Below are positions 26,801-38,716 of a DNA stretch of 64,000 bases, piece by piece. Location of the stretch: assembly GCA_000388065.2 (NCBI GenBank), contig KB932203.1. One strand, 5' to 3'. The notes under the pieces were generated by a model that made no database searches, was not told where the DNA came from, and saw nothing but the letters and a program-made list of their open reading frames with translations. The stretch is from Fonticula alba ATCC 38817 (taxonomy: Eukaryota > Protista > Nucleariida). The translations under genes were made by a program, and so were the position numbers. Every line of letters begins with the position of its first letter. Position 1 is the first letter of the stretch.

Positions 26801-28967
26801 TTCTCAATGGCAAACGAGCCCGGCAGGCTGCCCCACATCCGGCACCTGGAGATCTCCCATCCAGGCCAATTGCGTCCGATGGATCCCGGGGGGGCACCCA
26901 TCATCCCCCCCAAGGCCCTTCCGGGCGCCGGGCAGCCGACTGTCACTTCGACAACTGCCACTTCCGACAACGGCGTCAGTGGCATCACCGATGAGGTCTG
27001 CACGGGCAGCTGCAGCCGTTCCGACGAAGCACCCCCTGTCGACCTGTATGTGCCTCGATTATTTTGTTCTTCGCTCTTCCTTTTCTGCCCCCCTTCCCCC
27101 CCCCCTGTCTTTCAATTGCTCGGGTTGCCCCTGCCCCGATCGCGCATCTCTTTCGGTTTCTTTCCCTCCCGGCGACTTACACCCCGCACACATGCGCAGG
27201 ACACACAATCGCACCTCCAGCCCCCTGGCGCCGGCGCCAAGTCCAGCGCGATTCCAGCCCTGCCACCGCATGGCACAGTCGCCCTTCTCTCATCCCGGGC
27301 CGGGAGGGGGATCCCTGCGCAGCCGCAGCGTCTCGCCCTCCCCCTCGTTGTCCTTTTCTTCGTCGTCCTCCTCCTCCTCCTCCCCCAGGTCGACCCCCCC
27401 GCCGGTGGGGTCCTCCCCGGAGCCGGCGTCCGTGGAGGAGGAGGGCGATGAAGTGGGCTTCCCCTCGCCGGTGTGCATGTGGCCGGCCCTTTCGGAGACG
27501 CCCCTTCCGGCACAGGTGCCGGCCCTCTGCGCGTTGGATGCCCAAGTCCCGGCAGCCGGCTGTGCCAAGGCCCCGGCCGCCAGGTGTGGCAGGACCCCGA
27601 CTGCCGGTGATGACAGGCCTCCTTCCCCGACGACGGCGGCCATGGCCACCAGCCGATCGCCCTCGATGTTTTGCCTCCCCCCCTCGTTGGAGGAGGGGCC
27701 ACCGGCGGTGCCGCCCCCCCTGCCGGGCTGTCCTCCAGCGGCGATGGGCCTGGCCCCGCGGTCGGGCCACCGAAAGCTGGGCCTCTGCATTGGCATCAAT
27801 GAGTACCAGCACTTCCCGCCACTTGGCTCGGCGGCCAATGACGCCTACCGCATTGGTCGGCGCTTTGAGGAGCTCGGCTGGTCCATCCGATATGTGATTG
27901 GCCTGGCCGGGTCATCGGGGCCCGGGGCCGGGGCCGGGGCCGGGGCCGCCAGCACCGGGGGGGCCGATGGTCCTCTGCCTCCTCGGCCGAATGCCGACTC
28001 GGGCTCTGCCACCCCGGCGGATGGTGGCTGGTCCGACACCACCGAGCCGATCTTCGACTATTTGCCCCCGGCGGCCGAGCTGCCGGTCGATGAGTTTGGC
28101 CGGATTCGCGGCGGCCCGGTCTCCACGCGACGCCTGCGCGCGGCGCTGTCCTGCCTGAGCCGGACCATTGCCACTTCGCCCGAGCCGTGCATTGTCTTTG
28201 TCTTCATCGCGGCGCATGGCTGCATGAACAGCAATGTCACCTATGTCCTGGGCTCGGAATGCCAATTCGACCGAGCATACCGTCTGGACCCGGCTGGCCT
28301 GATGCCGGTGGGGTTTGTGATGGGCTGCTTCCGTCACGATGCCAGCCAGTTGACCTTTGGCTTGTCGATTCTGGACATCTGCCAGACCCCGGCCCCGGTG
28401 AGCTGGCCACCGACCGAAAGGGGGCTCAGTGGTGGGCTGCTGCAGGGGCCCGGGGCCGGCCGGGCGCGCCTCATGCGAGCCTCATGGCCACCGACGGCGC
28501 CCTCGTCCGCGGGCCGGGGGGAGGCAGCCCGGCGGCACTTTGTCCGTGAGGAGGGGAGTGTGCGCTTGGCGGCCGGGGGCCGGCCCGCCTCGCCGCCCCT
28601 GCCGGCCCAATCGTCGCCGGGTCCCTTGTCTGCCGGTACTCGAGCCGAGGGGCTTCGCCTGTCGCAGAGCCTGGCGGCCTACTTCCAGCGCCGTTGGCCG
28701 GAGGCCGTGGCCCTGCCCCCGCAGAATATGGTTCTCTTTTACAGCTGCCTGCCGAAGGCCTTCTCGTACGAGCTATCCAAGCAAGAGCACAGCATCTTCA
28801 CGGTGGTCCTGCTTGAATACCTGTTCCAGCGTCGACGGTGCATCTTCTTCGTTTTGCAGCAGGTTGCCCAGCGCGTATCATATCACTCCCGGCGTTTGTG
28901 TCACCGCCGCGCGCAAAAGCCATGCATCGTACACGCATGCTCCAACTCCTTCGAGCTGTTCCCCTAG
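23810..28967 (+). CDS. LRR-repeat protein fused to a C-terminal caspase-fold (peptidase C14, paracaspase-like) protease; 14 exons, ~1126 aa
   Basis: Exons 23810-23960, 24242-24331, 24443-24547, 24643-24729, 24856-24939, 25102-25182, 25326-25397, 25518-25592, 25681-25758, 25931-26002, 26098-26181, 26297-26386, 26502-27045, 27200-28967 splice into one open frame. LRR cores: LVNLTVLDLSG, LKELYLAG, LPELQLLFLE, LPQLQELRLDG, LSLLSLRG, VQYLDLSG, LRILELSH, NLLVLDLS, LGNLAYLDLS. Protease motifs: RKLGLCIGINEY..L..AANDA, VFIAAHG, LSILDICQ, NMVLFYSC..AFSYE..HSIFTVVL. Confidence 0.85.
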
Positions 28968-29778
28968 ATCAAGCGCGTGCGAGGGAGGGCCAGGCACAGG
29001 CAGCGAGGGCGAAAGGGCGAAAGAAGGCCCGACGAAGAGATCAGCCACGCGCCAGGCCCCCTGGGGGGGCGGCTGAAGCAACCCCTGCTTCATCTGTGTG
29101 TGTCTCTTTCCTCCTCTCCCTTTCGCTCTTTCGCCCTCGCTGCCTCCCTCCCTCTCTCCCTCCCTTTTCCTTGCTCCCCCTTGTGTTTCCTTCTGTTGTG
29201 TCCTTGTCCCTTCGCCTCTTCCCTTGCCACCCTCCCCACACATGTGTATAGACAATCCTTTCTTCCCGCTGGCGCGTTTCTTTTCATGGTGTGATGGTGC
29301 GCAGCGTCCACAAGCACGGGGGAGGGGAGGGAGCGCAAGCAGCCAGAGCAATGGTGTTGTTGTATGTATACAGGTGTATTTAGAAGAGAGGGGGAGGGAG
29401 AGAGAAAAAAAGGCAGGTGCAGCAGAGCACTTGCAGGCCTTAGATCATCGCAACATATGCATGCGTGTGTGTACGTGTGTGTGTGTGTGTGCGCGAGCGT
29501 GGGTGGGTGCATTTGCGTGTGCGCGTGCTTGCTCCAGCAGAGGCGCGAAGGTCGCACACGGCCGCGCGCGGCGCGGACTCAGCGAGGGAGAGTATGGTAG
29601 AAGTCCAGTGCTGGCGCATGGCCGACGCACGCACACGCACGCGCACACCGGGATGGCGCGGCGGGGAGAGGCAGCAAAGCCGGAGGGCGGAGGGACTGTC
29701 TAGGTGTGTGTCCCCCCTGCGCGCTCCTCTTTCCGGACAGGTGGCGGACAGCAGCCCGACACGGCCGGGCCCGAGCCC

Positions 29779-30292
29779 TTACTTGTTCGCGCGCCAGGTC
29801 TGGCGCTGGCCCTGCTGCGCCTCGTGGTCGCGCAGGATCGTGTCAATCATGTCCGGGGTGAGGGTGAGCTGGCCATCGGCCGCGCTCTGGGCCAGGACCT
29901 TGGCCTGGATGGAAATGCACAGCTTCGACAAGGACCGGCCGGAGAAGCCCTCCGTCTCGCGGGCAATGCGCTCCAGGTGCTCCTTGGTGATGGCGCTGTG
30001 ATCGATGCGCTGGCCCTTCGGCGAGACATAGTCCGCGATGTACTTGTGGAAGTACTGGTTGACCAGCTTCACGCGGGAGTCCAGCTCCGGCAGCAGGAAG
30101 GGCACCATCTCGTCCATGCGGTCGTGCACCGCGCTATCCAGGTGGTCCGGCTGGTTGGAGGCCAGCACAACCATGTGCTTGTCCGACGCCTCACCGGTCA
30201 GGTAGAGGAAGGAGTTCAGACTGGCGCGCAGCTCCTCGGAGATATGGGACTTGTCGCGCTTCTTCAGGAAGGCTGGGCATGACAGCATGGCA

Positions 30293-30375
<83 letters not shown>

Positions 30376-32012
30376 CAGTCCATCATGCGCGGATCCCCGC
30401 CTTGCGGAGGGCGAAGAAGCCGGCTGGGGCAGGCGCGGCCGAGCGACCGGGCGACCGAGCAGCAAGAGCATCGTGGCGCACCCTCAGCCTCGTCAATGAA
30501 AATGAGAGTCCCATTGCGCGAGGTCTTGGCCCAGTTGAAGAGGTTGTGGAGCTCCGTCACACCGGACGTCCCGAGAGGGACAATATCACCGCCCGTGATG
30601 AGGGCATACTCGAGGCCACTCTTCTGGGCCAGGCTCTTGGCGAACATGGTCTTACCGGTACCCGGGGGGCCATAGAGCAGGAGGTTACGCAGGGGGGCAT
30701 TGTTGCGCTTGGCATTCATGGTCGACACGACGATGGACTCGAGGCGGGCCTGCTCCGACTGGTTGAGGACCATGTCACGCAGAACGGCCGAGGACTCCGG
30801 GCGCTTGGAAATCAACTTCCGCGCGAAGACCAGCGGCTTCTTCAGGGCATTGGTGCGAGAGGTCTCGCGCACCAGCACCGGCGCATTGATGCGCAGCATG
30901 ACATACTCGCGCAGGACCTTGGCACCGAAGTAGGAGGCAAAGCCACCGGCAAACAGGAGCGACGTGGTGACAACCGCCGCGCGGATGCGGTTCGGGTCCG
31001 ACAGGAAGTCGCTCAGCTCATCGGAAATGAGGGCAATCCGCTCGCGCGTCAGCAGCAGCGCCGTCTTGCGTTCCTCCTCGTGGCGCAGTCGCGCATGGGC
31101 GGCGCGGATGTCATGGTTCACGCGCTCCTGCTCGATGCGCCCCTGGGTCTCGTGCTGGATTTTGGACATCTCGGTCTCGCGGCGCATTTGCTGCTCCATC
31201 TGGGCCGTTTCGCGGCGGGCCTGCTCCTGGCGCTCGATCGAAGCCTCCTGCATTTGGAGGGTCTCCTGCTGGAGCTGCTTGCGGGCGGCGATCTCGCGCT
31301 CCTGGCGCTCGTGCGCCGCGCGGTCCTTCGTCTGCTGCCGGTGGTTGATGTGGGAGGTTTCCATCTCGATGGTCTTGCGCCGCTCCTCGTGCTCGATCTG
31401 AATGCGACGAGCCTCCAGGTCCCGCAGGCTTGCCATGGCATCGGCGCGCTCGGCCTCAAACTGAGCCCGGCGACTGCGCTCGCGCTCCAGCGACAGGGTG
31501 ATGGCATCGCGCCCGTGGGGGCTATTGTCGAGTTCCCTGTGTGTGTGAGGGGGGAGAAGGGGGGGGGGGAGGGAGGGAGGGGCAGCATGGCCGGAGGGAC
31601 AAGAGTTGGGGCAGCGAGGAGGGGAATGGGGGGCGGGCAGATCAAGGTCAAGGGAGGTTAGGCAAGATGTTCTACAGCCACCGAGGGCGCATGTGGTCAT
31701 TGTGGATGGGCATGCATGCATATGTGTGTGTGTGTGTATGTATGCATGTCGATGGGTGTGCGAAACAGCCATACACCCGAGAGCGAGACGGGGGGAGGGG
31801 GTGTGTGTGGGGGGGGGGGGGAGAACGCACTTGGCAGCCTCGGCGGCACGCACGAAGGCCTGCGAATCGAACAGCTGGGTGGGGCTAATGTTGGTATTGG
31901 TGCTGGAGTTGGTCGCGGTCTCGGCCGGAGCGGCAGCCGGGGCGGCAGCCGGAGCGCTGCTGGCGTTGTTGCCGGAGGGCTTGGAGCCGCCGCCACCGAA
32001 AGCAGAAAACAT
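29779..32012 (-). CDS. ATAD3: Mitochondrial AAA+ ATPase ATAD3
   Basis: FDSQAFVRAAEAAK|ELDNSPHGRDA (ATAD3 N-domain), long coiled coil, TM segment, Walker A LLLYGPPGTGKTMFAK, ITGGDIVPLG, Walker B IFIDEAE, VVLASNQP..LDSAVHDRMDEMV. TAA at 29779-29781. Confidence 0.95.
30292..30374. repeat. Poly-G tract (poly-C on the sense strand) in the last ATAD3 intron
   Basis: About 83-nt homopolymer. Confidence 0.9.
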
Positions 32013-33912
32013 GGTTGCTGAGAGGGGGGAAAGGGATCACCCGACTGGGGTGGTAGGCAGGAGGCACAGCACAGGAGTGAGACGATGAAGGGTCAAGGGA
32101 AGGGGGGGGAAGAAAGGGGAAGGAGCGGGAGGCAAACAAACCTTGGCTAGAGTCAGAGAGGGGAGGAGAAAAAGAGGCAGAGGGGTAGGGGGGTGGAGGG
32201 GGAGAGGGGGTGTGTCCGCTTCGCGCCGGACAGCGCCCATCCCCGGGGCTGCTCCCTTTTTCCCCGGTGCCCGGGCGCGAGAGCCGCGCCAGGGGGGGCG
32301 AGTCATTCTGAGGGGGAGCAGGGGGGGGGGAGGGGGGGGGGGGTGGACGCGGCACCCTGAAAGGCGCGTGGGCACGCACACACACACGCACACACGCACA
32401 CGCACCGGGCGCACCCGGCCGCCCGGCGCGACTGCCAGCTCTCTGCCGCCAGCTAGAAGACTGTGCTGGAAGTATTCCCCCAGTCACCGGCGCGGCTGGG
32501 GGCGCAAGCCGGGCCTTCTCCGACCGGGGGGAGGGGCTCCCTCGCCCCGCCCTCCCTCTGGACCCGGAGGGCCCCGCTGGCTCGGCCCGCCCAACGTGGG
32601 CCCACTGACAGCCAAATGGCGGAAGCTGAGCTGGAGAGGGGGGGCGGGGCAGGGCGGGCGGGCAGCGGCCTGTACACGCACGCATGGGTCCCTGCCCGGG
32701 CCCGGTCGTGCATTGTCAGTAACCTCGGGCGAAAATGGGCGGGCCCGAAAAACGTGTGCGGCCGCAAGGTATATTGTGCCCCGCGCGTGATCCTCCACCG
32801 GGAGGATCACGCTGGGTGTCTGGCAGGGTTCGCCCGCCCCCTGCTTGAGGCCGGCGGGCGCCGGTGATATCACCGCCGCAGGCCGGAGAGAGGTGATGGG
32901 CTGCCTTGCATCTGTCCGTTGTGGCAGCGAGGGGCCGCGGAAAGCGGAATGTGATCGCCCCGATCGGGCGGCGGGGGGGGGGGGATGCCGGACCGGGAGG
33001 GACCGGCCTCGCCCGCCCCCTGCCCCCTTGGACGGTGAAGGGAGAAAGAGCAAGCGAGAGAGATAGAGCCTGGCCAGGGGGCGCGGGGGCTGCCAGGGCT
33101 GGAGGACAAGACGCACACTGGGAGGCAGGCTGTTTTGGCGATCAAAACACCTGAGCCCAGCCGGGCGCCTGTCCCTGTTGCTTGCTTGGGTCTTTGGTTT
33201 CCGCCCAGCTGTTTCTCGCGGCCCTCGTTCTTTCGCCCTCGCCGCGGTCGGCGGTTCCCCAGGGGGTGGAGGCCGGCCCGGGCAGCAAGGAGGGCGGTGC
33301 GGTTGGTCCACCGGCCCGCTGTCCCCCCTTAATTACTCTCCCCGAGGGCGGGGGAGAGAGGGAGAGGGAGAAACGGAGGGGCGTCTGTTTGTGCCTTCCC
33401 GGGCCCGGCATACCAACCGATCGCCCGATCGGAGCTGGTGGGAGAGGGGGTGTCGATTGCGTGTCTCGATCTTGTGTCCTTGCTCGAGTAAACACAAGGA
33501 CGGTGCCCCCGCGTCACCGGGGGGGGGGGGGNNNNNNNNNNNNNNNNNNNNNNNNNNNNNNGGGGGGGTTGAGCGGGGCGATTGCCCCTGGACATCGGTG
33601 CATGGCCTGCATGCCCGGGGGTGCTGTGATGGGCACTACGCTGGACCCCCTCCCTCCGCCGCCACACCAGCCCCCGGGTCCCACAAGTGGCGGGCGCGGC
33701 ATCGGCCCCGGGCCTGTTGCGAGCTGCCTGGCGCCTGTCCAAAGCACACCGCCTTGCCGGAGCCAGGATTACCGGCGGCATTCCCATTCCCCCCCCCCCC
33801 CTTCACCACACGCTCACCCAGAGCCGACCCACATTTTCGCACTCGCGCCCCGTTATCTCCTATCCCTCCCTCGGCCCGGCGCACTCGTCCTCCTTTCCTT
33901 CCCCCTCCCAGC

Positions 33913-35108
33913 ATGACACCCCCCCTCGGCCACCTCGACGAGGTGACCGTCGGCCAGGATGGCCACTTCGCCGATGCCCAGGGCCGGCGCCTGCTTTTGC
34001 GCGGTGTCAACACCGGTGGCGATTGCAAGATGCCCACCCGGCCGGCGTGGCATGGCGCGCGGCCGGGGTCGGCTGCCGCGGCGGGGGCGCTTCCCCTGTC
34101 GCCTCCTGGGGCGCTTCCCCGGGCGGAATTCGGCGATGGTGACGGTGACGTCGGCGTGGCCACCAGCGCCCCGCCCGATGTCTTCTTCAACACGGAGGCC
34201 ATTTCCTTTGTCGGGCGTCCCTTCCCCCTGGAGGAGGCCGATGAGCACCTGGCCCGGCTCCGGCGCTGGGGCTTCCTCTTCCTGCGGTTCCTCATCACCT
34301 GGGAGGCGCTGGAGCATGCCGGCCCCGGGATCTATGACGAGGAGTACATCCAGTACCTGGTGGAGGTCCTGACCCGGGCCCGAGCCCATGGCATCCGGGT
34401 TTTCATCGATCCCCATCAGGATGTCTGGTCGCGCTTCAGCGGCGGCTCCGGCGCCCCGGCGTGGACCTTTGACCTGGTCGGGCTGTCGGTGAGGAAGTTT
34501 GCCGCCTGCGACGCGGCCATCGTCCAGAACACCTGGCACCTGCACCCGGCGGCCGGGCACACCCCCGAGCGCCGGGCCATTCGCCAGGAAAATGCCGAGG
34601 CAGCCCGGGCCGGGCGCTTTGTCGGCCGCGGCTACCCGAAGATGGTCTGGCCCTCGAACTACTACAAGTACGCGGCGGCCACCATGTTCACCCTCTTCTT
34701 CGGAGGGGCCACCTTTGCCCCGGAGTGCCGGATCCCCGAGAACTACACCACCAACCCCGGGCCGGATTATGTCCCCGGGCCGCTGGTCAACATCCAGGAC
34801 TTCCTGCAGGCGCGCTACATCGGAGCCATTGCCCATCTGGCGCGGCGCCTGGCCCCCTTGGGCGTTGTGGCCGGCTATGACACCTTGAATGAGCCCTCGC
34901 GCGGGTTCATTTGCTGGCCTCGAGTGTCGGAGCACGGGGGCCCCCATCAGATGCTCAAGCTGGAGTCCACCCCGACTGCCATTCAGGGCATGCTCCTCGC
35001 CAGGTACATGGTTCTCGGGCCGTGGCACGGTCTTGCGCCTCTTCCCCATGCCCCTGCTTGCGTCTGGCTCCTCCCCCCTTCTGTGTCTCTTCCCGTCTCT
35101 CCCCCCCC

Positions 35109-35148
<40 letters not shown>

Positions 35149-38100
35149 GCCCCCTCCTTCTGCTGATTCCCCGCGAAAAGTGGCCACACGATCGAGGTGC
35201 CCTACTTCTCGCGCAGCGCACTCACCGGTGCCCCAGTGCGCGATGGGTCGATCCTGGTCAATGCAGTACGCGCATCAGCCTTCCACACCGATCGCCCGGC
35301 GCCTGCCAACCCGACTGGCGGGTGCGTCTGGCGCGCCAATGGCGTCTGGGACTATCAGGCATCGCCGGCCGGCGGGGCTGTCTCCCAGGCCGAGCATGAT
35401 GCCCTGATCAATGACCCGGGTACGCTCTTGGGGGCCTTCTTCCTTTCCCCTCACCGCCCCCTATCCCCCTTTCCCATGGTGTTGGTCCTGCCGGTGCTGC
35501 TGGCTGTTGCTGACCGAATGCCACCCGTGGTGCCTGCGCCGGTTCCCTGGGTGTGTACCGTGCTGCATAGCTCTCCAAGCGAAGCTCATCAAGCGCGATG
35601 ATTACTTCAGCGCCGACGACCAGGGCAAGCCTTACGACTTTGGTCGGGACTTCTGGCTGCCCTTCTGCCAGGCATATGCCGCGGCCATCCGTGAGGCCGA
35701 TCCGAAGGTGCGCTGCACGCCCGCTCCTTTTCGCCTGCCTTTCGCACCTCCCCCGGGCCTCCCTTTTAACCGCCGCAGTTCCCTCGGACCCCCCCTCCCC
35801 CCCCCCCTCCCTCTCCCGGCCAAAGGCCATTGTCTTCCTTGAGCCGGAGGTCGGCATGACTCTCCCGCCCTTGGGTCCGGAGCAGCTGAAGGTCCCGCAT
35901 CCGGTGGCTTATGCCCCGCATTGGTATGATGGCATCACCCTATTCAATAAGCAGTGCGTCTCCCGTGGTTTGCCCACCTTGCAAGGACTTCCCCTTTTCC
36001 CATGGGCCCCTCTCGAAATTGACCCCCCCCCCCTCCTCCCCCGCCCTCCCCCGCCCTCCCCCGCCCGCCGGGACTGGGTGCTTGTGCAGTTTCTCCAATT
36101 GGACCATCGATGTCGGGGGCCTGGGAGATGCCGGGTCCGACATTGCCGCCAACTTGGGGGCCGTCCTGCGGAACATTTGGATCGGCCCGCAGTCCGTGCG
36201 GGACTCCTTCAGTGTGCAGGTGGGCCGGATCAAGGACGCCGGCCGGGATGCCTTCGCCGCTGGCGGGAGCACCAGCGAGGATGGCACCTCGACCGACGGC
36301 TCGGTCTTCCAGGCGCCGATGCTGGTTGGCGAGTGCGGTACCCCGCATGATCTGCGCACTGCCCAGGCCAATAGCCCGAACTGGGTGCGGCTGTCCGCTC
36401 GCCGGCAGACCATCGCCTCCCTGCTGCCGGTGATGGAGCTATCCACGTACCTGGAGCTGGAGCGTCAGACGGCCGGGGCGTCGGGGTCGGCTGCGCCCGG
36501 CGCCGCTCTCGCCGGCAGCGCCCCGGTGGCCGCCGGCGAGCAGCAGCCAGCGCCGGCCACCATCACGCCGAATGCCGACAACGATCTGGAGTCCGCTTCA
36601 ACCGGGCTCGGGTCCTCGGCGCCTCTGATTGGCACGCCTTCGGCTTCGGCCGCGCCGGCGACCGCCGCCTCGACGACCACGGCCACGGCCCTGGCGCCGG
36701 GCCCTCTGGCGGCCGGTGGCGGCCGGCTGGCCGGCTTGCCGCACCTCGGCCAGGGCGCCCGCATCCAGGCCCCGCGGGAGGTCATCTGGTCGGAGCCGAG
36801 CACCGAGGAGGAGGACGTCTGCCGGGCACTGGATGCCACCCTGTCGGCCATGGACCAGAATCTGGCCTCCTTCACGGCGTGGACATACTGCCGGACAAAC
36901 TCCGGCGCCGGGCGTCTGGGCCTGGACCCGCATCGGCCCTTCCCCACTCACGCCGAGTGGACCGGCGGCGACATGTGGAATGACGAGGATTTCTCCGTGT
37001 GGTCGGGCGCGCGTGCGCGTCTTGAGCAGCACCTGGCCACTACCGTGGCTCGGCCCCGTCCTGAGGACCACTCCGGCGATGAGCAGCAGCCCCTTCGAGG
37101 CGAGGTGCCGCAGGTTATGCGCGATCAGGAGTGCCAGCAGCCCGGCTGTCCCGGGTGCGGGGCCACCGCGCTCCTCCCCTCGCCCGAGTCTCCGAGCTCG
37201 GGCTTCCTGCCTGGGTGCGCCTATCTCCCTCATGCCCATTTCGATCCTTTCTCCTTCTTTCTCCTTCTTTCTCCTCCCCCCTCTCTCTCTATCCTCCCCC
37301 AGGCTTCTCTCCTCCGTTCTCTTGTTCGACCCGGCCCCGCGTCAGCCGCTCTAACCCCACTCCACCTTCCTCGGCTGGCGCCTCCCGCCCGCCGCGCCCG
37401 CGCCTGCTACTCCTGCCGGATACACAGCATGTTTAAGGCCGCCATGAGCATGGTCAGCCGGCCATTCAGCCGGACGACTCTTCCGCCGCACTGTTTCTTC
37501 CGCCAGACCGCCGGCGTGGCGGACCAGGAAACCGGGCGCCCCGATGCGCCGCTGCCGCCGTTCTTCCGCAGCCGACTGGACATCGGCGGCCGATCGCTGC
37601 ATGCCTCCTCCCGGCCGTATGCCATCAAGACGGTCGGCGTGCCGATGTACCACTCCTTCAACATGTATTCCGGTGTCTTTGAGCTGCGGTACTGCTCCAC
37701 CGGAGTCGATGCCCACGGCCGGCCCCAGGTTCAGCCCTTCGACAATGGCGGGGAGGATTCCCTGGCCACCGAGATCTACCTGCCGCCTTACCATTATGGT
37801 GAAAGCGAGGAGTTGTGCGTGTGCCTTTGTGCCCCCCCCCCCCCACCTAGTGTTGGTGTCCTTCGCCTGATCCTTTCCCTTGTTTCGCTTTCCCTTCTAA
37901 CCCCCCCCCCCTCTGCCCGGCCCTTTCCAGCTTCCATGTTGAGGTGAGCGATGGCACCTGGCGCTTCCTGCCCGAGCGCCATGTTCTGCTGTTCATCCAT
38001 TCGAGCGCCCAGCCGATGGCCGGCAGCAAGGGCACGACCCTGCCGGATCGTGTCCACTCGATTCGCATCAGCCGCAAGGCCCTGCCGACGCTGGGTGCCA

Positions 38101-38267
38101 GCTCCTCGATTGGCGCCTCTGCCAGCCCTACCGCCGCAGCCGCCACCGCCGCCGGCACCACTCCGGTTCCGGCCCCCGAGCCAGCTGTTGAGGCTCCAAC
38201 CGAGCCCACTGCCGATGAGCCCGCTGCCGATGCGCCCGCTGCTGAGACCGAGGCGGCCTCCACTTGA
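33913..38267 (+). CDS. Glycoside hydrolase family 5 endoglycoceramidase-related protein (fungal EGCrP / yeast Egh1-like glucosylceramidase or steryl-beta-glucosidase); multi-exon
   Basis: DAQGRRLLLRGVN, FVGRPFPLEEADEHLARLRRWG..LRFLITWEALEHAGPGIYDEEY, IDPHQDVWSRFSGGSGAP, YPKMVWPSNY, acid/base YDTLNEPSRG (Glu 34891-34893), YAPHWYDG, nucleophile LVGECGTP (36331-36333), WNDEDFSV. Confidence 0.9.
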
Positions 38268-38716
38268 TGAGTTGGTGTCAGGAAACAAAGGCCCCCCCCC
38301 CCCTCCACCCCCCACGCAGCGCATTCGATTTTTCTGCCCCTTTTCCACTTCTCGGCCCTACATAGCGCCATATTCTGTGTCTCTCCTTCGTTGAGGAGAA
38401 ATATACCGTGTTCAGTGAAGGGACCCGCGCTCGACAACTCATGCGCATCGAGACTGTGTGTGTGTGTGTGTGCGTGCGTGTACGTGTGCGTGTGTCATCG
38501 CGCCGCCGGGTGGCTCTCGGTGAACAGGAGTTGGGAGGGAAGTATATTATCTCTTTTCCTCGCTCCCCCCCCGTGCGCATGGAGTGAGGGAGAAGGGGCG
38601 AAGGGCCTTGGATGGCCGCCGAAGAAAGGGAAAGGATGGTGTAATGGAGGGGGGGGGGGGGGGGGGAGGAGGAAGAAGAGGGAGAAAGCCACTCGCGTCC
38701 CGTCATCCATCGTGTC

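Noticed and set aside
30279-31661. Long antisense ORFs in the track (e.g. 30279-31661 +, 8527-10305 +, 33853-35049 -, 2248-2952 +)
   Set aside because: They are shadow frames of GC-rich real genes on the opposite strand (ATAD3, TSR1, GH5, Ran) and carry no recognisable motifs.
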